Source: a virus
Reading direction: 5' to 3' (one strand)
Virus record (IMG/VR): IMGVR_UViG_3300006163_000001
DNA: 64,000 nucleotides
The notes under the pieces are model-generated. The model searched no databases. It saw nothing but the letters and a program-made list of their open reading frames with translations, and was not told the origin of the DNA. Positions 56,181-63,527 of the stretch are shown piece by piece. Made by a program: the position numbers and the translations under genes. Every line of letters begins with the position of its first letter. Position 1 is the first letter of the stretch.

Positions 56181-57809
56181 TCAGGCGGCCTGGTTCTCCC
56201 ACGGCCAGGCGGCGTCGCGCCCGCGCGAGAGCAGGTCGACCATGGTGAACAGCTTGTCGGAGAAGCCGGCCACCTCGTACCGGTTGGGCTTGCTGCTGTC
56301 GATGGTGGCCTGCGCGTAGCCGGTGGTGTTGATGCCGAACATGGGGACGTGCGCCGGGATCGCGTCGGACACAGATACGTCGGAACGTCGGCCGTAGCCC
56401 CAGCCCAGACCACGTGTTCCGTAGCCGGGGTGAGCAAATGCCTGCATGTCGGAGATGATGACGACCCGGTCGTGGCCCCTGAACGACGCCTGCAGTGCGA
56501 CCACCGTCTCGGTTCCATGGCCGACTTCGCCGATCCGGTTGCAGAACGCCTCAGCCTGACGGAGGACGGTGCCGCCCTTGGTGAGCGAGTGCTGGAAGGC
56601 GCCGTCTGCGTAGCCGACGAGGTCTACATCGCAGCCGCGCGCGGCGAGAGCGACACCGAAGAGGGAGCCTACGTCGACGTGCCGGATCTGACTCTTGCCG
56701 GACACGCTGTTCCGCATCGACGCCGACGTGTCGACGAGCACGAGGGTGCGGCCCGTCAGGGCGGGGATGTTTGCCGTCGACTCGGACAGCGCCTGCTCGA
56801 GCGCATGCCCCCAGCGCAGCGACGGCGCGGCGCGGTAGGCGGACAGGAACCGGTACGGGAACTGCCGCGAGCGGCGGACCTCTTCCCGGTCAGCCAGCCG
56901 TGCACACACCTGGGCTGCGACCTCATCCGGGACGCCGGCCTCGTCGAAGTTCCTGAGATTCCTCGTCAAGGCCATCAGCCCCATCTGCGGGATGATCGCC
57001 GACCAGGCGGCAGCATCCATCTTCCCGAGGGACGACAGTTGCTCCCACGTCATGCCGGCGTCGCCGAGCCGCGCCGGATCGGCGAGGAACCAGGCGCGCC
57101 GCTCCGCCTCGGGCATCTCCATGGCGGCCCGGTAGGCGGACAGGATCGGGAGCCGATCGGTGACGCGGACCGTGCCGCGGTTCCAGCGCCGGTCGGCCAG
57201 GTAGTCGAACAGGTCGGCCTGCCACTGTCCGCGGGGCTCCGGCTTGGCCAGGGCCACGATGTCCGCCATCCGCCACTGCGACGCGGCGCCGTCGTACTTG
57301 AGCGCCGACTTCTCCGTGTACAGGCGCGCCACCGCATCCGCGACACCCCGCTGCACACCGCCGGGCAGCGTCTTCTTGCCGGTGCGCTGCTTCCAGTAGG
57401 CGAGGAACTCGGCGGGCTCGTCGGCCCGCAGCATGGCGTCGGCGACCATCTTCCGCACCGGGATGGTTGGTTCGCGGTCGCAGCCCGTCTTGCGGGCGAG
57501 CGCGGACTCTGCGGCCATGACGATGGCCGCGGACCGCATGTTCATCTGGCCGCGCAGATACGGGACGAACGCGGCGACCCAGTCGGGGTCCTGCTTGGTG
57601 GCCGCGTGGACGAGGTTCCGGAAGCGCTGGTCGCGGTCGCCGGCCTTCTCGTAGAAGGTGTCCTCGCCGACCATGTTGGTGGCGGCGAAGATGAACAGGT
57701 CGCTCTTCACGTCGCGGGTGAAGGCGGCGCCGCCCTCAAAGGTGGCCGTCGTCCCGGTCGTAGTCACGGGGCTGGAGGGTGCGGTGCGGGTGCGGGCGAA
57801 CTTCGCCAT
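56181..57809 (-). CDS. rsr: Ro60 ortholog (TROVE domain + vWA domain)
   Basis: ATG preceded by GAGGAGA. TROVE-like N-terminus (FAATNMVGEDTFYEKAGDRDQRFRNLVH). vWA MIDAS motif LVLVDTSASM. Confidence 0.85.
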   Translation of the reverse strand: MAKFARTRTAPSSPVTTTGTTATFEGGAAFTRDVKSDLFIFAATNMVGEDTFYEKAGDRDQRFRNLVHAATKQDPDWVAAFVPYLRGQMNMRSAAIVMAAESALARKTGCDREPTIPVRKMVADAMLRADEPAEFLAYWKQRTGKKTLPGGVQRGVADAVARLYTEKSALKYDGAASQWRMADIVALAKPEPRGQWQADLFDYLADRRWNRGTVRVTDRLPILSAYRAAMEMPEAERRAWFLADPARLGDAGMTWEQLSSLGKMDAAAWSAIIPQMGLMALTRNLRNFDEAGVPDEVAAQVCARLADREEVRRSRQFPYRFLSAYRAAPSLRWGHALEQALSESTANIPALTGRTLVLVDTSASMRNSVSGKSQIRHVDVGSLFGVALAARGCDVDLVGYADGAFQHSLTKGGTVLRQAEAFCNRIGEVGHGTETVVALQASFRGHDRVVIISDMQAFAHPGYGTRGLGWGYGRRSDVSVSDAIPAHVPMFGINTTGYAQATIDSSKPNRYEVAGFSDKLFTMVDLLSRGRDAAWPWENQAA

Positions 57810-57860
57810 GCGTCGGTCTCCTCGGCAAGTTGAGGGTTCCGGGCCGACGGTCAACTGCTG

Positions 57861-57998
57861 GGCGCCGCGAGTACCTGTCGCGTGAGCTACATAGCGTGCT
57901 GCCGTTACACCACAGCCAGGATCACCTGGCCACCAGGATTCGAACCTGGACTACTCGAACCAGAATCGAAGTATGCCCCTGCTGCGCTTCGCGGCGCC
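57861..57998 (-). ncRNA. Y-RNA-like module C with circularly permuted tRNA-like domain (138 nt)
   Basis: Ends pair over 10 bp (GGCGCCGCGA / UCGCGGCGCC). T arm CCAGG-UUCGAAU-CCUGG. 8-bp acceptor-like helix capped by UGAU. D arm GUGU-AACGGCA-GCAC. Confidence 0.6.
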
Positions 57999-58058
57999 TA
58001 TGCAGTTGTCGGCCCGGCCGCGAGGCGACCAGAACGAGGGCGGCGACTGAACACGGGA

Positions 58059-58196
58059 GGCTGGCGAGTACCAGGCGCGCGAGCTACGTAAGCGCTCTAG
58101 CCAACTGAGCTACACCGACCGAGGTCGGCGACAGGACTCGAACCTGCGACCTCTCGCTTAACAGGCGAAGTAGGCCCGCACTGCGCTTCGTCAGCC
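58059..58196 (-). ncRNA. Y-RNA-like module B with circularly permuted tRNA-like domain (138 nt)
   Basis: Ends GGCUGACGA / UCGCCAGCC. Anticodon-like arm UUCGC-CUGUUAA-GCGAG. T arm GCAGG-UUCGAGU-CCUGU. 7-bp helix capped by CUCG. D arm GCUC-AGUUGGCUA-GAGC. Confidence 0.6.
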
Positions 58197-58226
58197 ACCC
58201 GTATCCAGTTGTCGTCCCCGAAGGGT

Positions 58227-58296
58227 GCTGCGAGTACCTGGCGCCTGAGGAACTGATTCCAGAGCAGGGAAGTAACCCCAGGCTTCGCTTCGCGGC
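58227..58296 (-). ncRNA. Y-RNA-like module A (simple stem-loop, no tRNA-like domain)
   Basis: Shares the flanking motifs CGAAGCGAAG and CAGGUACUCGC with modules B and C. Internal 8-bp helix GCCUGGGG / CCUCAGGC. Confidence 0.45.
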
Positions 58297-58376
58297 GATC
58301 GCCACCGTAGCAACAGGGCACGCCAGACGTCTCCACCTTTTGCCCTTTTCGCAACATGACTTGCCGAACGTGCGAA

Positions 58377-58410
58377 TCGCCCCGCCCTCCCCGATGGGAG
58401 AGCGGGGCGA
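58377..58410 (-). terminator. stem-loop downstream of HNH gene / upstream of RNA array
   Basis: TCGCCCCGC ... GCGGGGCGA with inner CTCCC / GGGAG pairing. Confidence 0.55.
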
Positions 58411-58541
58411 ACACCTGTCGGTTCAGAGGCCGAGTGCGACGGACAGGCTGACGTAGAGATGGACGAGAACGGACAGCATCGGTTCACCCCCTCTCCCGGC
58501 TGGTGGGGCAGTCGGGCTGCGGCCGGTGGGGCGGCCGACGG

Positions 58542-58859
58542 TCACAGGGTGGGCGCGGGCGTGAGTCCGTGTTCGGCGGCGATCGCGAGACCCTGCTTGG
58601 CCAGGGCGACGCAGCGGCGCGGGATCGCCGACACGTCCCGGCCTGCCAGGATGGCGTCTATCGAGGCGTGAACATCGCCATGACATGACGGGCAGATCGC
58701 GACGATAGGCGTGGCCACCGGCACTCCGGCCGCCTCCCACCAGCTGAGCGGGGCGACATGGTGCCGGTTCAGCACCGCACAGCCGTGCCCCTTATATAGG
58801 GAGCAGGCCTGCAGTAGGACGCGGCCGTCGGCGACGACCAGCTCCCGCGGCGTGCTCAC
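58542..58859 (-). CDS. HNH endonuclease-like protein
   Basis: NRHHVAPLSWW...ICPSCHGDVH. GTG with GTGA overlap. Confidence 0.65.
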   Translation of the reverse strand: MSTPRELVVADGRVLLQACSLYKGHGCAVLNRHHVAPLSWWEAAGVPVATPIVAICPSCHGDVHASIDAILAGRDVSAIPRRCVALAKQGLAIAAEHGLTPAPTL

Positions 58860-59023
58860 TCCGCCTCCGCCGTGTCGAAGGGCGGCAGGTCGGGTTCGAG
58901 GAACGGCTGGATCGATGGCGCCGGCAGGGGCTGCGGGTCGAGGCGGCCGAGGCGTTCCAGCGAGCTGGCATCGGCGGCCGTGGTGTCGCGGCGCGGTGTG
59001 CGGGCGACGGGCGGTTCAGGCAT
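58856..59023 (-). CDS. small Pro-rich protein (55 aa; not in ORF track)
   Basis: ATG preceded by AGGAG. GC3-rich. Confidence 0.45.
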   Translation of the reverse strand: MPEPPVARTPRRDTTAADASSLERLGRLDPQPLPAPSIQPFLEPDLPPFDTAEAE

Positions 59024-59777
59024 CGGCACTCCTATCGGTCTGAGCTACCGGTGTCGCCAGCCGGGGAACGCGGGCAGCCTGTTGGACGCGCCGGTACGAG
59101 GCGGTCGCCGTGAACATGGCCGCGCCCAGCAGTCCCTGCGGTGACGGCGACGGATTCGGCGTCGAGGAGCCGGTCTCAGGGCAGTCGTACTGCGGCGCGC
59201 TGTCCGGCGAATCCGCGGTGCGCTGGCAGGTGTAGGTGTGGGTGACCCCGGCCGCATCCGTCCACTGCCACGTCCAGCCGGCGGGCGGATGCCCGTCTGT
59301 TCCGTCCTGGCCGTCGACGCCGGCCGGTCCCGGCACGCCTTGCGGTCCGGGAGGCCCGGGGCTGCCTTGGGCTCCGTCGGCGCCGTTGGCTCCGGCGGCC
59401 CCTGACGCGCCGGGGGACGGCGTAATCGTGGGTGCGGCCTTGCCGGGATCCCCCTTGTCGCCCTTCGGTCCGGGAGGCCCAGGAATTGGTACGGGCACTG
59501 CGGCCCGGTCAGGCAGATTTTTGACGGCCTTCGTCGGATCCGGTGCGACCGGCGTCGAGCCCGCGGACTTGATCTGCTGCCGCAGTGATCGGACGTCGCC
59601 AGCGAGGACGCTGACTGCATTGCCGCGCAGGTTCGCCTCAGACTCGAGGCCATCGGCGCGATGCGACTCCTGGGCGATCAGTAGCAGTGCGACTGTTACG
59701 CCGCCGCCCACGAACAGCAGGCCTGCGGTGAGAAGTCCCAGCCAGCGGCGGCGCCATAGCTGTTCGCCGCGCGTCAT
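59016..59777 (-). CDS. membrane-anchored collagen-like (G-X-Y repeat) protein
   Basis: N-terminal TM segment LGLLTAGLLFVGGGVTVALLLIA. GPPGPKGDKGDPGK and GAAGANGADGAQGSPGPPGPQGVPGPAGVDGQDGTDG. Confidence 0.8.
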   Translation of the reverse strand: MTRGEQLWRRRWLGLLTAGLLFVGGGVTVALLLIAQESHRADGLESEANLRGNAVSVLAGDVRSLRQQIKSAGSTPVAPDPTKAVKNLPDRAAVPVPIPGPPGPKGDKGDPGKAAPTITPSPGASGAAGANGADGAQGSPGPPGPQGVPGPAGVDGQDGTDGHPPAGWTWQWTDAAGVTHTYTCQRTADSPDSAPQYDCPETGSSTPNPSPSPQGLLGAAMFTATASYRRVQQAARVPRLATPVAQTDRSADA

Positions 59778-60061
59778 GGCGTGCCCCCGAGTTGCGTCAC
59801 CAGCAGCCTCAGGCGGGCGATCTCAAGTTCTGCGGCGGCGAACCGCTGCTCTGCGGCCAGGGCTCGTTGTTCCGCTTTCTGCTCGTCGGCTTCGGCTTTG
59901 TCGCGTTCGGCGACGAGCTTCTGTGTCAGGTTGTCGTACCCGGTCAACGCTCCGCCTTCCCGCTGCACGCGAGACGCGCCCCGGGTGCTGTACACGGTTG
60001 CCGCCGCGGCCACGGGGCCGCCGATGAAGGCGGCTAGCGCCGTGACCATCGCGGCATCCAT
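59774..60061 (-). CDS. membrane/coiled-coil protein
   Basis: 95 aa. RBS GGAGGCGGC. N-terminal TM followed by a charged helix. Confidence 0.65.
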   Translation of the reverse strand: MDAAMVTALAAFIGGPVAAAATVYSTRGASRVQREGGALTGYDNLTQKLVAERDKAEADEQKAEQRALAAEQRFAAAELEIARLRLLVTQLGGTP

Positions 60062-60091
60062 GCCGCCTCCAAGACGCTTGCAAGGGGCAGG

Positions 60092-60412
60092 TCAGGCGCC
60101 CTGCGGCGTGCGGGCGGTGACCAGCGTGTCTTGCGCCTTGCCGGAGATTCCGGTGGGCTTCAGGAGCCCGAAGTGGACGGCGACGGCGGTGACGAAGCTG
60201 ACGGCCGCATAGAAGACGCCGTTGGCGACGTTGTAGCCGGGGCCCGCGCTGCCGAGTTCTACGAGGAAGCCGTTCGCCGCGGTGAGGAGCAGGAGGAGGA
60301 CGGCCTTGGTTCCGGCCGAGGTGACGCGGGTCGTGACCAGGCCGACGAGGACCGGCAGGACCAGGGTGACGAGCAGGCCGATGATCTGGGCCTTGGAAAT
60401 GTCGAGGTTCAT
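60092..60412 (-). CDS. holin-like membrane protein (3 TM)
   Basis: Internal ATG (MNLDISKAQIIGLLVTLVLPVLVGLV...). Its position downstream of the endolysin fits a holin. Confidence 0.6.
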   Translation of the reverse strand: MNLDISKAQIIGLLVTLVLPVLVGLVTTRVTSAGTKAVLLLLLTAANGFLVELGSAGPGYNVANGVFYAAVSFVTAVAVHFGLLKPTGISGKAQDTLVTARTPQGA

Positions 60413-60425
60413 GGGTGTTCTCGTT

Positions 60426-60767
60426 TCAGACGGGCTGCGCGAGCTGTCTGCAGCCGATGACTGTGCCGGTGCTGTTGCGCACCTCGCGGTAGGGGACGAG
60501 CAGGTCGCTGCGCCGGTCGGCGAGCGCCAGCGCGACGACCAGGGAGACGATGTGCTGGACGCCATCCCGCTTCGGCGGGAGGTTCTGGGCGTGCCCGAAC
60601 TCGACCAGCACGGGCCACATGCCGCTACTGACTTCGAACGTGGCCAGCCGGGCGGGCGTCTCCTCGGGCGGAATGACCTCGCGCAGGCCCGGTTCGAGGT
60701 CGTCGATGCCGTCGGGCCGGTCGCTGCTGTACAGGCGGATCGGGTGCGGGGTCAGGTTGAGGATCAC
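60426..60767 (-). CDS. hypothetical protein
   Basis: 113-aa ORF with GTGA overlap. Confidence 0.65.
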   Translation of the reverse strand: MILNLTPHPIRLYSSDRPDGIDDLEPGLREVIPPEETPARLATFEVSSGMWPVLVEFGHAQNLPPKRDGVQHIVSLVVALALADRRSDLLVPYREVRNSTGTVIGCRQLAQPV

Positions 60768-61156
60768 GTTGCCTCCCGCTGCCGCACGGGCTCGATGTCG
60801 ACAGCGGTGAGCGCGTCGGGCCAGTTGGTGAACCGCACGGCGCGGTCGTCGATGTACGCGATCGCGGCCAGCTTCCGGTCCGTGACCAGCAGGACGCCCT
60901 GCTCATTCCAGAACCCGGAGCGCGGCACGCGGGTGGTGCACTCGAAGGCGTAGCCGGACTTCTGCTCGATCCACCGCGCGACCTGCTTGGCATCGCGGGT
61001 GGTGTGGATGAACACGGCGTACCGCTGCATGAGCTGCGACAGGGCGACAACTGCGCCGGGCTTCCAGTCGCCGTAGATCGTGCCGTCGTGCCAGCCCTTG
61101 TCGTAGCTGTGCAGGACGCCATCGAAGTCCACGGCGACCGTCTGGACAGCGGTCAC
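60764..61156 (-). CDS. HAD-like phosphatase/nucleotidase-fold protein (130 aa)
   Basis: GTG with GTGA overlap. VAVDFDGVLH (DxDxV motif I). Confidence 0.6.
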   Translation of the reverse strand: MTAVQTVAVDFDGVLHSYDKGWHDGTIYGDWKPGAVVALSQLMQRYAVFIHTTRDAKQVARWIEQKSGYAFECTTRVPRSGFWNEQGVLLVTDRKLAAIAYIDDRAVRFTNWPDALTAVDIEPVRQREAT

Positions 61157-62031
61157 TCGACCACCGTGAACCCGTGCTTCGCGCCGAGCTTCGACAGGCT
61201 GGTCTGGCCCGGGATGCCGTCGGCTGCACTTCCGGTGTAGTTGAGGCGCTGCTGCCACGCCTTGTAGGCGGAGACCGTCTTCGATCCGAAACTGCCGTCG
61301 ACATACTGGCTGGCCAGCAGGCCCTCCGCCTGCAGCGCCTTCTCGACGAGAAGGACTTCGGCCTTGTAGCTGGCGTGTCCCTGCGCGGCGGCCGGGTCGT
61401 GCTCCGCGGCGTACACGGCGTGCGCGAGGCTGACCTTGGGCTTCGTCGTCGGAGTGACCGGCGTGGGGCCGACGGCGAACAGGTCCGGCATCGGTCCCGG
61501 ATCGACATGACTGTTCCCAGGGATCTGGTGGTGCCCGTAGTGCCCGCCGTGGTTCAGCCAGGTGTCCAGCGGGACGGTGTCGCGGGCGAACGCGGTCGGC
61601 GCACCGCCGGGCCAGGTGTCGGCGATACCCAGCGACCGCAGCCACGCCATGATGCCGTCGAGGCCCTTACATGGGGTGTCGCGGACAGTGGCGTACTTCT
61701 TGCCGTTCACGGTCTCGCCCGCGGTGAACACGGTCTCGATCTGGATGCAGTAGGCGCCCGTGCGGTTCGTCCGCACCGTGCCGTCGTTCTGCAGCGACAG
61801 GCTGCGGCTGTCAGCCGGGAACATCTGCGCGATCTCGCCGGTGAACGGCTCCCACAGCAGGTGGGGGGCCATGTCGGCGCCGCCTCCGGTGAACCAGCCG
61901 AGCTCGTTCTTGAACGACCAGTCCTTGTCGTTGCTGGTGATGTGCCAGACGGCCCGCGCCGGGCCGCCGTCCATCGCACCGGTGTTGCCGAGCGAGTGCC
62001 GGGCCGCGCCGGGCATCCACAGGTCGACCAT
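61153..62031 (-). CDS. endolysin: N-terminal catalytic domain (class unresolved, amidase-like) plus C-terminal PG_binding_1 domain
   Basis: C-terminus YKAEVLLVEKALQAEGLL...VDGSFGSKTVSAYKAWQQRLNY...ADGIPGQTSLSKLG. Lies in a lysis-cassette context. Confidence 0.8.
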   Translation of the reverse strand: MVDLWMPGAARHSLGNTGAMDGGPARAVWHITSNDKDWSFKNELGWFTGGGADMAPHLLWEPFTGEIAQMFPADSRSLSLQNDGTVRTNRTGAYCIQIETVFTAGETVNGKKYATVRDTPCKGLDGIMAWLRSLGIADTWPGGAPTAFARDTVPLDTWLNHGGHYGHHQIPGNSHVDPGPMPDLFAVGPTPVTPTTKPKVSLAHAVYAAEHDPAAAQGHASYKAEVLLVEKALQAEGLLASQYVDGSFGSKTVSAYKAWQQRLNYTGSAADGIPGQTSLSKLGAKHGFTVVE

Positions 62032-62300
62032 CAGACACGCTCCCAGTCGTCAGCGAGTGCGTCGCTCTGGCTGATGACCCACGGGACAAAGTCGTCCTGC
62101 GCGGTCTTCATCATCAGATACGGCCGGAAGATGCAGACGGTGCCCTGCGGGATGCCCGTCGCCTCGGCCGTGTTGGCGTTGATCGGGATACCGTCGGGGT
62201 AGCCCTTCTGGTGCACCACGAACATGCCCGTGCCGTTCCAGCCGGACCGGGAGATACGGGCGCCGTCCTTGGCCGCCCTGAGCGCTTCACCGAAATCCAT
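62031..62300 (-). CDS. DUF2829-family protein (Tad2-like)
   Basis: ATG preceded by GGGAG. MDFGEALRAAKDGARISRSGWNG...PYLMMKTAQDDFVPWVISQSDALADDWERV. Confidence 0.7.
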   Translation of the reverse strand: MDFGEALRAAKDGARISRSGWNGTGMFVVHQKGYPDGIPINANTAEATGIPQGTVCIFRPYLMMKTAQDDFVPWVISQSDALADDWERV

Positions 62301-62302
62301 GG

Positions 62303-63253
62303 TCAGGCTCCCGTCACGTTGTTGTCGTGCGCCCACGCCTTCATCGCCTGCCACGCCTGAACCAGGTGAGGATCCAGGACAGGAGCCGGAGAAGGAGCGG
62401 GCGACGGAGGAGGGGAAGGCGCCGGGGCCGGCTGCGGCGGGGCGACGACCGGGAACGGCTTGCCGTTGGTCAGCACCGCGTAGTCCGCGGCCATCGCGGC
62501 CAGGTCGATGCCCTCCTGGAACGCAGGGTGCTTGAGGTGCTCGTCGAAGATGGCGACCCAGGCCTCTTCGACCTTCCGCGACCAGTACTGGTCGGTGAAC
62601 GAGGTCTCCTGCGCCCAGGTGATGAAGCGTTCGTCACCGCCGAGCGGGCCTGCGCCCGGGGCACCGTAGCCGCCGGTGATGACGGAGTGGCCGCCGTCGT
62701 CCGGCGACGAGCGGTGGTAGTCCCAGGGCTTCCCGTCGTTGAAGTCCTGCATGTTGGCGTTCTGGACGATGAGGCCGGTCCAGACGAAACCGAAGATACT
62801 GATGGCGGCCTTGACCTCGTCCGGGCTGGAGGGATCGACCTTGGCGAAGGCGAGGACCTTCTTGCCGTCCGGGCCGCCGTGCTTGTGGAGGTATTCCAGC
62901 AGGGTCTGGATGTCCATGCCGTTGTCGTGCGACGAGCCGGGCCCGTTGGTGTCGGCGGTGCCGTTCGGGTCGAAGCCCGAGTTCTGCGTCTTGTAGACGG
63001 TCCACACCTCGTCCTGCGAGGGGTAGTCCTCGACGCCGGCAACGTAGCTGACGAGGCGGCGGACGTTGGCCCATGTGACCGCCACGCAGTCCCCGGCGAC
63101 GTCGTTGCCAAGCATGTCCCACGCGGAGAGCCGGGCCAGGTAGTCGGCCGCGACCGGGTGTGCCGGAATCTTCCCCGTGAAGATGCGGGAGAACTTCAAG
63201 GCCGGCGTGTTCTTCGGCGCGCGGCGGCCGTACTGCAGAGAGGAGGTGGGCAT
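62303..63253 (-). CDS. papain-like cysteine peptidase (candidate second lysin) with Pro-rich linker
   Basis: ATG 63253 preceded by AGGAG. Cys motif GDCVAVTWAN, His motif GGHSVITGGYG, and linker PPQPAPAPSPPPSPAPSPAP. Confidence 0.65.
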   Translation of the reverse strand: MPTSSLQYGRRAPKNTPALKFSRIFTGKIPAHPVAADYLARLSAWDMLGNDVAGDCVAVTWANVRRLVSYVAGVEDYPSQDEVWTVYKTQNSGFDPNGTADTNGPGSSHDNGMDIQTLLEYLHKHGGPDGKKVLAFAKVDPSSPDEVKAAISIFGFVWTGLIVQNANMQDFNDGKPWDYHRSSPDDGGHSVITGGYGAPGAGPLGGDERFITWAQETSFTDQYWSRKVEEAWVAIFDEHLKHPAFQEGIDLAAMAADYAVLTNGKPFPVVAPPQPAPAPSPPPSPAPSPAPVLDPHLVQAWQAMKAWAHDNNVTGA

Positions 63254-63272
63254 GGTGCTCCTGGGCATGGGA

Positions 63273-63293
63273 AAGGCCCCGTTGCGGGGCCTT
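63273..63293 (-). terminator. stem-loop
   Basis: AAGGCCCC-gttgc-GGGGCCTT. Confidence 0.55.
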
Positions 63294-63317
63294 GGGGTGG
63301 AAGGTTGCGCCGGAAGT

Positions 63318-63527
63318 TCAGGAGACTTCGGGCTGCGGGTCGAGGAGGGTGGCGGTGAGGATTTCCATGTGCTGGCCGCACTTCCCGCACTGCACGAAGC
63401 AGTTGGTGCCCGCGTTGGAGTAGAACTGCGGGACGTCGAAGACCTGCTCGTAGTTCACACAGTCCGGGTTCGTGTCCTGTGCGGTCACGTCGTAGTACAG
63501 GGCAGGCTGGAACGTCACATCGCTCAT
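63318..63527 (-). CDS. small protein with CGKCG motif (69 aa)
   Basis: Internal ATG (MSDVTFQPALYY) with ATGA overlap. Confidence 0.6.
   Translation of the reverse strand: MSDVTFQPALYYDVTAQDTNPDCVNYEQVFDVPQFYSNAGTNCFVQCGKCGQHMEILTATLLDPQPEVS

Noticed and set aside
57921-58200. Canonical tRNA genes on the minus strand, suggested by the GGTTCGAAT/GGTTCGAGT T-loops and the GTAGCTCAGTTGG D-loop.
   Set aside because: The D-arm halves lie 3' of the T-arm halves, and the acceptor strands are joined by a tetraloop. No standard cloverleaf with free 5'/3' acceptor ends can be drawn, so they are reported as permuted tRNA-like ncRNA modules instead.
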